A stretch of 64,000 nt of DNA, from NCBI RefSeq assembly GCF_009914755.1, contig NC_060930.1. The stretch is one strand, 5' to 3'. The stretch's first letter is position 1, and each line of letters opens with the position of its first letter. This document shows positions 28,232 to 41,595 of this stretch, one piece after another. Both the position numbers and the translations under genes were made by a program. A model generated the notes under the pieces. That model worked only from the letters and a program-made list of their open reading frames with translations, had not been told where the DNA came from and searched no databases. This DNA comes from the human T2T-CHM13v2.0 reference genome, Homo sapiens.

Positions 28232-28397
28232 CATTGCTACTCAAAGTGTGTTCCCTGGATAAGCAGCATCAGCTTGACCTGGGATTGTGTTAGAAATGCA
28301 GACTCTCAGGCCCCATCCAAGATCTATTGAATCAGAATCTGTATTGTAATTTGTGTTCACTTGATTCATAAGCACATTATAGGCTTGAAAGTATTGG
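28232..28397. mobile_element. MER5A-type hAT-Charlie MITE
   Basis: GCTACTCAAAGTGTG...AGCAGCATCAGC...TGTTAGAAATGCAGACTCTCAGGCCCCA...TGAATCAGAATCTG. Confidence 0.88.
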
Positions 28398-28469
28398 TTT
28401 CAGAGCTAATATTTTGATTCTATTATTTTATTTCATAGGTAAAATAAGATACTATTGTAAATGCAAACA

Positions 28470-28680
28470 AATAGCCTGTAGTAGAAAGAACATAGATCTG
28501 AATTTGAGTTTCAGCTACATTACTAATAATCTTTGGGCAAATAGCCTCAGTTTTCTGATCTGTAATGTGAAGGAAGTAACATCTGCCTTCAGGGTAGATG
28601 TGAGGATTAAAGGTTATACTGTATATCTAAAGTATTAGCACACACAATGTCTGACACTAAAACCTGATAACTATTACTGT
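28470..28680 (+). mobile_element. MIR
   Basis: TTGGGCAAATAGCCTCAGTTTTCTGATCTGTAA...TGTGAGGATTAAA. Confidence 0.75.
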
Positions 28681-29542
28681 TTTCTCATTGAAATCTATAG
28701 TTAGGGGATTATTGAAACACTTGCACCATTTGAAGTTCATTTAGTGGGAGGCCAGTAGCATTGTCTGATGAGTTCCCTTTGGACTGCCTACCAGTGAGCT
28801 ACCTAGGACTGGAGAGCCCTTTGCCTCCAGGGAAGAGGCTGTACCCACTCAACTTCTCATGGGACTGGGGATCCCCCAAGTTCTCTAGGCATTGGAAGCC
28901 ATCATTTCTCAGGACTAACCAAAAGAGTCGGCACCTGAGCTCAGCTACTTGGAGCCTGAACTAGATATGCTTATGTGCCCTCTATCCCCTACCTCATACT
29001 TGCTCTATTAAAAAGAGAGATCTACAAGGAGGCAAAATCTCTGTGGGGCTGTGCCTCTTGTTGCTTGCCATTGATATAGGGAGAATGTGGGTGGTAGTAG
29101 GGATGAACATGTTGCCTCAGGTCAAGCAGTCCCTCCGTAGCCTATCTGCAAGATGCTGAAATAGGCACTCATTCCCTGCTGGTCCTGTTGTTCATGAGTT
29201 GCAGCTTGCTCTCAGGGATGCAACTAATTTTTGCTTGAGCCCTTTGCCAAACAATATTATTTTGGCACACAATGAAGAATGGGACAAAACAATGACCTTT
29301 TAATCTAAGTGATACAAGATGTGATGAAGGGATCAGAACTGGATCTTACATTAAAAAGGAGAGGGAGAAAGAACATTCTACTAAAACTTAGGACTTGAGG
29401 TCTAATTCTCTCTCTAATTCCATACATACAATTATCTGGGTCATCTCTTCCAGGACATTTTATCAATCTGGGTTTGTATTTTCTATTTTTAAATATGAGA
29501 ATATTGGATTAAATTATTTTTTCCATTTTTAAAAAGTCAATG

Positions 29543-29710
29543 GTTTTTTATTTATTTATTTATTTTTTCATTATTATTATTATTATTTTTTGTAGAGACA
29601 GGGTTTTGCCATGTTGCCCAGGCTGGTCTTGAACTTGTGGGCTCAAGCGATCCATCTGCCTCGGCCTTCTAAAGTGCTGGGATTACAGACATGAGCCACT
29701 GTACCCATCC
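29543..29710 (-). mobile_element. Alu left monomer (FLAM_C/AluJ left arm) with (TTTA)/(TTA) tail
   Basis: TGTAGAGACAGGGTTTTGCCATGTTGCCCAGGCTGG...GGGCTCAAGCGATCC. No right arm. Confidence 0.88.
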
Positions 29711-30499
29711 TATTTCTTATTTTTTGATCTCATATGCACCAAGATGAAAAACCCAAAGATTTTTATAAAAGTTTGATAGATTGCATCATTGTCTTTCATA
29801 TAAAATTTTAAATCACATAAAATACATGGTGACAGTTTTCTGTCTTTCTCCATATAAACACCTTGTGGCCCATGTGAGGCGTGGAGGGATTCCTTCATCC
29901 AGTGGCTTTGTTTTTCTGGACTATTGCTTTTTCCAAGCTCACACCTCCTTGAAGATTTCTAGTTGGCTCAGTTTTAAAAAATTGCTCCTAAGGCAGTAAA
30001 AAAAGCCTATCTAAATAATTTTGAAAGGAGCATCCCTTATCTAAGATGAGTGAAATATTTTCATTCCAACTTTAGCAGGAAAGAGTTTCTACAACTGGCA
30101 CTGACAATTATTTCTATAAATAGGAAAGTCAGTGAGAATGAAACTAGGAGATCTAAAAGAATACTATGTTATAGTGGATCAAAGGCAGGGGCCTTGGACA
30201 GGGGATGAGATTCCAAAAAAGTCTCCCTAAACTACTGAGGAAATAAAATGACTGAAGTTACTTTTAGCATTTTCTTTAGTCTTCAGTGATTTTTATTAAA
30301 CTATACCAACAGATAACAGGCCTACCATTTAATTGACATTCTTTCTGTAAGAATTCATCTTGAATAATGTTACTTCCTTATGTACTCCCAACCATGAAGA
30401 ATTGATCTGTCTTTGTTATAGCACTATGCTTTGTATATAGCTATATGCTATTGTATTATATTCAGATATATATCACATTATAGCCTTTATATTATTTTG

Positions 30500-30640
30500 T
30501 AGCAATTCCTATTTACATTTTTGCCCACCCATTGTGAGTTCCGTGAGGATAAGAAACATGTCTTGATCATCTTTGTCCTGAGTTAGTACTTGGTGTCGAT
30601 GATACTCAATAAATGTGTTTTTAATGTTGAATGAATGAGT
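30500..30640 (+). mobile_element. L2 3' terminus
   Basis: ATTGTGAGTTCCGTGAGGATAAGAAAC...TACTCAATAAATGT...TGTTGAATGAATGA. Confidence 0.75.
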
Positions 30641-32468
30641 TATAATAATATGCAATGTACTAATGTATAAATAACCTATCATAATGGTGCTTGTGAGGAG
30701 AAGTATTATAAGCAATCATGGATTTTCCACATTAGAGTGGAAATTTCTAATCTAAAACAAGATTTGAGCTGATGCTAGCCACATCTGAGGTATAGAGAAT
30801 GTTTTCAAATTGTCTGGTTCTAAATAGAGCTGCATTAGAATGAGGCTATTATTATAAAAATCATACATTGGTATCTAATATTTCATTTTAATAACCAGAC
30901 ATCCTATCAAATATTATGTAAGTATATTGATATGTAAAATCTGTCTTAGAAACAGTATAAAATGAAAAAAAATTGGCTAAGCAAGTAAAATAATCCACAT
31001 GTAAAAGATAATTTACATACCAAAATGAAAACGTTCATTTGAACTAAAGATTCAAACTCAGAAGATTTAGCAGAAGTAAAAAGTTCTACTTAAAAAGCAT
31101 TAAATAGGTCACTGAATATCAAGAGCCTACTTGCACCCAAGTGGCCAGTTTTTATTTTTTAACCTTTACACTGATATTTAATATAAATCATAATAGAGAA
31201 GGGTATCTGATAAGCTCAAAGGGATGCTTCTGTAGCACTGCAATTCTTCCCTCCTGAAACTTGCGGTCATTTTAAGATGCTGCCTATTTTGAAGAGAACA
31301 TAACTTTAGTCCTTTCATCTTGCAGTAGGTAAAAAAGTTGTACATTCTAACAAATCACCATTACATTTTAGTTTGTGACACTACAGTGCCATATATGTCT
31401 ATAGATGTGAAATTATTATTTTCCAGAGAGGAACTCCAGGCTGCTATAAAAAGTTTGAATCATTGCCTGAGAAGCAGGCTCTTAAATGCTCTGGTGCTGT
31501 TTCACAGGTGATTTGTGGATATCCACTGAGTGTGCAAAGTCTGTGTGCCAACACAAGCCATCCTGACCATCCTGCTTACTGCCAGGTATTATTTGCTGTT
31601 GAATGTGACCCTCTTTCTGGCCCCTTTCACTTTTCATTTCACCCTGGTGGGAGCATTCTACGCCCCTCACAGATTGGTGAATCGGAGACCATGCTAGACA
31701 GAAGCAGTGACACCTGCTCTTTGTTCTACAGCTTTTCTACAGCTTCTCAGATTCACTTTTTACATGACAAAATGCATAGAGTCTGAAGTAAGAAACTTGT
31801 TCTGCAGTCTTACTCTCAAGCTTGTTTTGACTAGTTCTATTGACTTTCATGCCCTTTGGTTAAAGCTGGGTCAGTGGCCTTAAATCAACTATTAGAAAAT
31901 AGTATATATTTTTCTAAAGTGGATGCAAAAGAAAGGAAAGAGAAGGAGTGGGAGGAGAAGCAGCACATTGGGGTAAGCACAAAGCTCTCTGAAAGGGTAA
32001 AAAAGGTGGGTATTTTACAGACACATAACAATGTCTTACACCTAAGCATTCAGCTACATTAAATAATTCCAAAGATTCATTCTAAATATATTCAGGTAAT
32101 TGGATGAAAATTTCGTTTTGTATACAGATGTTTAGGATCTGATATAAAGTCTGTAAAACAGACATGGATTTTTAAAATATAAATTCCCAAAATAAAGTTC
32201 TGAGACTCTACAACATCAAGGTAAGGTTTCTTGTAGCAAAACCTTAGCTATGTGTGTCTACAAGATCACTATATTTCTATGTATTCCTAGGCACATATTC
32301 CCAGGGATCCAAGACACACATTAAAGAAAATAATTTTAGGAGATTTACTTTCCAGAAAACCTAAAAAAATAAAGTTCATAAGAACTATGTATGCTCAGAA
32401 GGTACACAGAGTTCTATGAAAATGCATATTCCAAGTGATAGTTCTGGACCAGTTTGGAATTTGAGTGA

Positions 32469-32872
<404 letters not shown>

Positions 32873-33579
32873 GAGCATTGTGTTTTATTTGACGCTGACT
32901 TTGTGTAAGACAGCATCCTTCCCAGAAGGTTCATTAATCCACCCAAAGCGTTCCTGAATGAGGGACCTGGCAGCATCCTGCTTAGCACTCCCCATTCACC
33001 ACGAACAGGAGGGGGCTGCAGCCATGTCTAAAATGATCACCAGTCTTACTCTAGTCCTTGTTCCTGGTCATTAAGTGGCTTTATGGTCTTAACCACCACA
33101 CATGCAAATATCATGAGAGTCCAATCAGAGTTATATATGTGTACTTGGCACTTTTTTTGGGACAAGTTTTCCCATTTTTGGAAAAAGAAGTAATTCTAGA
33201 TGGATGAACACAGCATTGTGAACGCACATCAAAAGCCAAGGGTTTCAAATGGCAGCTGAAAAGCTAAGAATTAAATGCATGAATAAAGGAGCACATTTGT
33301 AGTGGTAATTTCAGATGGAGAAAAACAGGTAATTGTAAAATCGTTGCTGTTTGACTGAGGAGCAATGAAATAATTCCTTTACTTGCTGTAAAAATGCTAT
33401 GTACTTTTAAAACATAATCTCCAAATGTGAATATGCTTAAAAATAAATATGAAGAAGCAAGTTTCCATTTTCATTTAGGCTGTATGCTCTTTGAATAAAC
33501 ATATAGATTCTTCCTTCGGCCTGAAGCTGACAAGTGTATTATTAGCATAATAATGGCACACAATAGCAGGGGTAATGAT

Positions 33580-33735
33580 TATGCTCATCTCTTAGGGGCC
33601 ACGAAGTTTTCCTAGACAGTGTGTCGTGTATCCTCCCAAAGTTCCTGTAGGGGAGATAAACAGCAACCAGAATTATAGTCATTTTAGTGGTGAGAAAATT
33701 GAGATTCAAAGGTGAAGTGACCCAAGGACTAAAGG
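33580..33735 (-). mobile_element. MIR
   Basis: CATTTTAGTGGTGAGAAAATTGAGATTCAAAGGTGAAGTGACCCAAGG. Confidence 0.6.
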
Positions 33736-34514
33736 GCTTCCTTCTCTGGGACACACTGGACATTATAGAAATCCATATAATGCTGCAAAACCTAAGAGTG
33801 GGCCTCAACTTGTATGCACCATGGGGACTGCTCCTACAACCTCTGACATTATTCTCTACACAGGAATTTCCTCTTTCTAGAAACACTCCTGCTTAGCTTG
33901 CATTCTCTGCTCTCCACTGAAGAATCCCCAGGGTGTGGCAGTTGAGAACATCAACTCTGTAGCCAGCTGATTTCCGCCTTCACTATCCAGGAGACTGCAC
34001 ATAAGTAATCTATCCTCACTTGGTCCTCATATCTAATAGTTGTGACCTCAGGGATTGCTGGGAGGATTTAGCACTGTGCTGTGTAAGGCATTTAAAAAGT
34101 GAGTTCAGAGGAGGCTGACTCAAGTTCAGACAAAGGAAAGAATGTTTGTCAAGAGCAAAGATGGGGGCTAGAGGTGGAAAAAAATTAGGTTTGGAGCTTC
34201 TACCAGTGGCTGGAATAAAGGGATAAACACAACAGATTATGAGAATGAGACCAATGGCATTCATACGATAAGGAGCATAAGGTTTTATTTCTTTCTGACA
34301 TGTGAGAGAAATTTCCTAAAAGGTACATGGTGTGATTCAGTAACTATGTTCAGAGTAATATTTTTCAATGAGTCTAATGATGAGTTTTATCAGGCTACAT
34401 CTCAGAATGGCCTGCAATACAGTAGGTGGCTCAATGCCAAAGTAAAGCTACCGAAAAACACAGTTTTGAAGGGCGCCCACATATTCTGGAGCAAGCGCAA
34501 GGCTAGTTCTGTGT

Positions 34515-34745
34515 GGTACAGTGTGAGGGTCAGGAGCACGGGCTGCAGACAGCAGGCCTGAGTTGGGAGCCCAACCTTGCCACTTCCTGGCTATGTGCCA
34601 TTGGACAAATTACTTCATTTCCCTGACTCTATCTATAAAGTGAGGGTAATAAAATAATTCACCTCATAGTTTTATTATGAGGCTAAATTAGTTGGTATAT
34701 GTGAAGACTTGGAGTAGTGCACTGGTACTAAGTTTTTTGTATTAT
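34515..34745 (+). mobile_element. MIR, near full length
   Basis: GGTACAGTG...GAGCACGGGCTGCAGACAGCAGGCCTGAGTT...GCCACTTCCTGGCTATGTGCCATTGGACAAATTACTT. Confidence 0.85.
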
Positions 34746-35885
34746 TAATCAAAGGAAGAGAGTATAGAATATCTAGAAGAAAGATGACACATAATGTAGG
34801 CCACACATACAATAAACAATACTTCTTGCTGCTGCACTTGTGATCACAGTCAGGTAGTGAGAGTTCAAGGTTACACTTTCTGCAAGTTCCTAGCCTGCAG
34901 GAATTTGATATGGCTGATTAGAGGAGGAACCATATGCTCTGATAATCAACCCAGTGGAAGGCCAGGTTGACATCTGAAATGAAAATCCAGGAACCCAATT
35001 GAACAAATGGTGAATGGGAGGTTATTCCCCTACTGTGAGCTCCATAGGTGCTTTCAATAACTTCAGATGCATTTTCTAAGAGCAAGCATGAAAGCAAATA
35101 ATAGTCATTACTGGATATTCTTCTAGATTCTCCTGTGAGAGAATTAAAAGTTTTTTCAAGAAAGAGTTCTGTGTCCACGAAGATGCAGGTAGCTCTTCAA
35201 GGGCCCACATTTTGTGCACTGGAGAGAGCTTGGCTGAAATCATTTTAGTCTAAATAAATTTCAAAGTGATTATAAATATTTATCCATCCTGACTATAAAT
35301 CTCAATAAGGAACCAAAAACATTTTAAGTGCTGCAAATTCCTAATGAATCCTGCAAGATGAACTGGATTCAAATATACTTCTCAAAAACTGAGTTTTGGC
35401 CTAGTAGGTAGGGCAGTAAGACACAAGTCAATTAATTACTGAAAAATCATAGACTTAGTATAAGATTAGTTAATATAAGTTCTTTCTTTTGGAAATCATG
35501 AGTACTAGTTATTTATTGAGGCCAATCTTCATTTATGATAGAAAAATGCTTTATCTATAATTACAAAAATAAGGACAGCTTCTTTCTTCTCTGTTTTAAA
35601 CAATAACTGAATTTACCTGATTATATTATTGTTAAACTGCTAGCCATTTATTTTGATTATTATGAATTACAAAACAAATTACTTCTTAATAAAGGTATCA
35701 AATTATTATTAATCAAATTATGTTTCATTTGATTATTATACTTAAACACTTCAGATGTTATCTCTATACTATCTTGGTAGAATAACAGGGTAATCTGTTC
35801 ACAGTTTAAAATGTTACTATATATATAATGTACATGTATATCCATATCACCAAATTCCTCATGAAACTATTCCATTGATCTCTAA

Positions 35886-36200
35886 TGAGACAGCCAGGTG
35901 GGAGGGGGTCCCAGGCGAAACTCCAACTAGCTTGCCCACTGATGGGGAGCCTCAGGAAGTTTGCGGCAGGGAGGAGCCGGGACCCTCCTCTTCCTGTGTG
36001 GAACCTGGATTCAAGCTGCAGGCGGGAAGTGCTCTCCAGGGACTCTGGCTCTGAGAGAGTTCCTGTTTCCCCTTTAGCTTCCTTTTCACCCAGTAAAACC
36101 CTGTCTTATTCACCACTCAAATTGTCTGCAAGCCTGAATTTTCGTGGCCATGGAACAAAGAACCCCATCTTTAGCTGAACTACGAAAAAGTCCTGCAGCA
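35886..36200 (+). mobile_element. ERV1 solo LTR (MER61/LTR27 group)
   Basis: TGAGACAGCCAGGTGGGAGGGGGTCCC...GAAACTCCAAC start, CAGTAAAACCCTG polyA-signal region, TTTAGCTGAACTA...TCCTGCAGCA end. GC-rich island in AT-rich flanks. Confidence 0.8.
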
Positions 36201-37459
36201 CAATTATGTATGGAAATTTTCTAGATATTAAGCCAAGAAAAAAAAAATGAGTATAATGCTTGCTTTCCAGCACATCTTACCGATCTAAATCTGGTAATGT
36301 AATCTAGTAGCATAAAAATATATATGTGTGACTTAGTTGCAAAAGTATATAAGAAACAGTTAAATTTGACCAGTGTGACTTTTGGTTCACTTTTCAAAAT
36401 TCTTTCTTATTAAACATTTTCCTTAGACTCCTAGAACTGTATTTATTTTAAAATAAAGCATTTGGGTCTGAAATGAAGTAGCAGCTCTTCAATAAATCAC
36501 TCCCCAAAATACCTTCAATTTATGTATTTACTCACTTCCTCACCCACTTTGATTCTGTTATCTTCATCTCTTGGTGAGAAATATTTGTGAAAATACAGAT
36601 ATTATTTGTATATGACTACAAAACCCATGTCAATTTTGAGAAGAGAGATTTTAAATAAATGTTCAAACTTCTGGGACTTTGTAAACCAACTTATATATTG
36701 GATGTGCACAGTAGTATTAAATTAAGTTTTAAAATATTTTCTTCCACCCATGTCTAAAATTAAATAAGTCTATGTTCACATAACAAAATAGGGTTGAAAA
36801 ATATCTTATGTTACTTGTTTTTATTTTTGGTATTGTTTTACAGTGAATATTATTTAATTTCCAGTAAGTTGGGTTTGTGTGATGGAGTCATAGATTTAGA
36901 AATTGGATACTTTTAAGGGCTCTTGTTATAAAATCAGAGCCATTTTTCTTTATTTTGTTCTCACATATTGCACACAACCTTATACACTATATCCGATTTT
37001 GTTCTTGGGTTAAATTAATTAATTAAACTATAAGATCAATTGGGAAGTCTATCATTCGTATGCTACCTCTTAATTTGTGGCTTTGAATTGTATTTAGAGG
37101 TGTGTTCTTATGGTAGTCTCAATTAGGGGAAAAATTAGTATGTTGGAGTCCTTTAAAATGAGAACATGTCATGGGGCACTTTGCATTGTTCAGATGTCTG
37201 CAAGAATTCAAGAGAAGTAACACCACCTGGCTCATCTTGCGCTTTCTGCCAGTTCTCCTTTACATCACCACTAAGGCTGACTTAATATTCTTTTCTTCAG
37301 ATACCAAACAGCATCAAGGGAGGCCTCAAACCCCAAGAAAGCATTTTAGGAGGAATTCATCAGTACCAAATACACATACATATACTCATTTTCTTGTTAT
37401 TGCTTTAAACACATTCATTTATATCTGGTATGCATTTAATTATGCTTTCAATTTCTGTT

Positions 37460-38085
37460 ATATATTCATTTATTCAACAAATATATAGATTACTGATTAG
37501 GTGCCAGACATCATTTTAGATGCTGGTATACAGCAACAGAAAAGGAAGCATTCTTGCTCTCATTGATATATTCTGATGAGTGAGACAGGTAATGAATACG
37601 TTTATACAAAGCATATAATTTTAGGTGATAACAAGTAGTATGGAGAAAAATAAAACTAATGAGGCAGATAAGGAGGGTAGAGAGTACCAGTGGCAGTATG
37701 ATTGATAGGGAGGACTTGGTATTTTATCACATAGGGTGATAAGGTGACATTTAAGCAGACGAGAGAATGTCAGAGATACAATGGGCATTGTAGGCCATTC
37801 AAAGTAGTTGAGTCTTATCCTGAGTGAGAGGGAGAGCTTGTGAATCTTTGGAAACACAGAAATGACCTGGTCTGATTTACATATAATTGTGCATCATTCA
37901 GGGTGAGGTGGAGAAAACACTATAGGAAACAAGAGGGGACAAAACAAGAGGCTATTGCAGTCGACTAGGTGAAAGAAGATGGTGGCTTGGACTAGGGCAG
38001 TGTTGGTGGACGTGATGAGAATTATAAGATTCTAGAGACATATCTTGAAGTTCTATCCAATATGATTTGATACATAGAGGATGAT
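37460..38085 (-). mobile_element. L2 3' fragment
   Basis: ATTCATTTATTCAACAAATAT...GTGCCAGACA terminus, GAGGCTATTGCAGT, GATGGTGGCTTGGACTAGGG. Confidence 0.8.
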
Positions 38086-38264
38086 TCTTTGTCCTGGTTT
38101 ACATTGGACACCCCCTGGATAATTAGGAAGAGTGCTTTCTTTCACTCTAAAAAGTGTTTCAGTTTAGATGGTAAATTTTATGGTCCCTTCTTTATTAAAC
38201 ACTTTGTACTTTCAAAAACATTTCCTCAAACATAATTTCGAAAAGCCCTGATACCATGACTCTC

Positions 38265-38385
38265 TCTTGATTGAGATAAAATCTGAAGCTGAGAAAGTTT
38301 TAGTGACTTGTCCAACATAGTAATGGCAAATCCAGAATTTCAAACCAGGTCTTTTGGCTTCCAGTTCAATGTTCTTTTTCCTATA
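38265..38385 (-). mobile_element. MIR
   Basis: GAAAGTTTTAGTGACTTGTCCAA...AGAATTTCAAACCAGGTCT. Confidence 0.65.
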
Positions 38386-39405
38386 TCCCAGTGAAGTTCT
38401 ATTTATAAGACACAAACACCCCATTTGTCCCTTTACTTAGTCCTTGTTCATTTTTTAAACATCTATTGTGATGTGCTAGGCATTGTTCTAAACAGTTGGG
38501 ACACATCAATGAACCAAAGATCCCTGCCCTTTTACAGTTTACATTCTAATACACACAAAAAAGGATAAGAAATAATATAATAAATAAGTAAAATATATAG
38601 TATGTTAGCCTGTGATGAGTACAATAGAAAAAAGTAGAGTAGGATAAAGAGGATTGATCCAAAAACGCTCCAGTCTTAACCTAGAGGTGGTCAAGCTAGG
38701 TTAGAAAAGGTGAGTGAATTAAGCTGGAGAGCATTCTAGGCAGAGGGAACAGCTAATGTGAAGGCTGCAGGCAATAGCAAGTCTGCTGTGTTCCAAAAAT
38801 AGCAAGAAAGCCCATGTGGCTGGGGCAGAGTAAGCAACAGAAGGAATCGTAAGAAAGGTCAGATTGACAGTGGAGTCAGATCATGTAACCCCTTGCAGGC
38901 CACTGTGAGGGCTTTGGTCTTCCATCTGGGTAAAATCAGAATCAACTATGAAGTTTTGAGTCATGGAAAAGCATGCCATGGCTGGTGTTTTAAGGGAATG
39001 ACTGGCTGCTTTTCAATAATAAACTGTAACAGGGCAAGAGCGGAAGTAGAGAGACTAGTCAGGAAAGTACTGTAGTACCATCATGAAAAATGATGTTGGC
39101 CTGGACCAGTAAGGTAACAATGGAGATGGTAAAAAGGGGTGAGGGTGTGGCCACGTTTTGAAGATAAAATCAACATTATTTCCTTATGGACTTTGTGAAG
39201 GAAAGAGAGCTGGTAAGGATTATTCCATATTTTTGGTTATATAACTGATTGGAGTTTGCTGCTAACCTACACAGAAAGGACTGTGGGTAAAGGAAGTTTG
39301 TGAGGAAGGTTTACGAGTTTTGTTTTAGACATTCTAGGTTTGAGATGTCCATTAGGCATCAAATGGCTATTAGGTCTATGAGCATCAGGACACACTTGAG
39401 GTTCA

Positions 39406-40009
<604 letters not shown>

Positions 40010-40864
40010 TCAAGAAAGATGAGGACTGAGGATTAATCATTGAATTTAGCAGTGTGGAGGTCAATGGGAACTGGACATGAATTGTCTAGTGGAATGATGG
40101 GGCTTGTGATTCTGTATGTCTAACAATTTTTCAGATGATTCCAATGTTGTTGGTCTATAGAACACCTCTAGGCATCAACAATCTAACAAAGAAGCAAAGG
40201 GATTAGATAGAAGCCAGGAAAGAAAAGGGAGGGCCTGTGGCTACAGATGCTAAAAGGTAGATTGTGATCCTACGGAAATTTCTTCTGAATGCTTCTGTTT
40301 TCTCAGTGAAATATAAAACAAGACCATCAACTAAAGGCGATGGGAGAGAACTGCAACATAGTACTAGGCAAGTGGGTAGTGAATGGACTGGGGATGCATA
40401 ATGTAATTGCTGGGAAGCATTGCATCAGGGAAAATTCAGGTATGTGGTAATGAATTTATAGTGAGAATAGTGGTGTGCTTGTGTGTTTTTCTTCAACCAT
40501 ATTCTGCTACACAAGTACAGTTGCTGGCAGGCAGAATTAGATTTAACTATAATTTTAGTTTTATTTGGAAATGTCAGGAAAATGAGAGAGGGTCAAAGTG
40601 TTCAGAATCTTTCCAAGGGAGTGATTATAATAATTAACAATGAAGTTTAAGCTACATAAGGATAAAAGAGGGGCCAGGAAGAGGGTGAGGGGCAATGAAA
40701 GCTGATAGAATCAATGTACTGGAGGTCACAGTCGAGTGGAAAGGGAGTTCAGGGTACAAGAAGGAGTGAGTTGGAAAGATGCAGGTAGTGTTCAGAGAGG
40801 GAATGCATGACACAAAGTTACAGGGGGAAAATGGGGAAGGCATAGGTTATGGCTGTAGGAGCAA

Positions 40865-40946
40865 GTGGCTGAGCCTGAGTTGAGGACAAGTTCTTTGGAG
40901 AAGAGGTAGCTGAGCCTGAGTTGAGGACAAGTTCTTTGGAGAAAAG
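40865..40946. repeat. 41-bp tandem duplication (35-bp perfect core)
   Basis: GCTGAGCCTGAGTTGAGGACAAGTTCTTTGGAGAA at 40868-40902 and 40909-40943. Confidence 0.97.
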
Positions 40947-40989
40947 GAGGTCCAAGAACTAAGACACCAAGGAAGTGGACTATCCATAA

Positions 40990-41153
40990 CAGTGGTTCCT
41001 AACTTTAACTGAATCAAAGTCCCATTAAGAGTTATTAAAACTCAGATTACTAAACCCTACTACCAGAAATTTTAATTCAGTTGGTCTGGAGAGGGGCCTG
41101 AGGATTACGTGGTATTGATGTCTCTGGTTGGAGACTATATTTGGAAAACATGG
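40990..41153. mobile_element. MER5A-type MITE (a further half copy at about 40100-40180)
   Basis: CAGTGGTTCCTAACTTT...TTATTAAAACTCAGATT...AATTCAGTTGGTCTGG...GGGGCCTGAG. Confidence 0.75.
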
Positions 41154-41349
41154 CCTACAGGTACATTAAAGTCAGTAGTAATTAAGAGAGGAATAATACG
41201 GGAGAGAGGGACACTGAGGCTGGAGCTAAAATTGCCAAAAACAAGGGGAGGAGGAGTGACCCAGAAGCGAGTAGTGGACTGTTTCAATGAGGTGTTGTGG
41301 AAATCATAATGTGATTATAATGCAATGAAAACATTTGTCTTACACTTCT

Positions 41350-41595
41350 GCTCTGTGTCAGTGATTCAAGCTTCTGAAATCAGGCTGGTTTCTGTATCTA
41401 TCCTTTGTGTGCAACGTGACCTTGCACCAGTTGGTTACCTTTGTGTATCTGTTTCCTCATCTCTAAAGTAGGGCTTTTATTAGCCCAAATCCTGAGGTTG
41501 TTGGGAGGATGTATGAGTTAAAAATGTTAAAGTGCTTATTACAGTTTTGACACGTGATGCTCACTAATCTCACCGCAGTTTTACCTGTTATTTAT
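41350..41595 (+). mobile_element. MIR
   Basis: GTGACCTTG...TCTGTTTCCTCATCTCTAAAGTAGGG...GGTTGTTGGGAGGAT. Confidence 0.8.

Noticed and set aside
40098-41153. Two MER5A pieces as halves of one rearranged element
   Set aside because: The 40990 copy has its own right end and the intervening L2 is collinear, so two insertions plus a deletion is simpler
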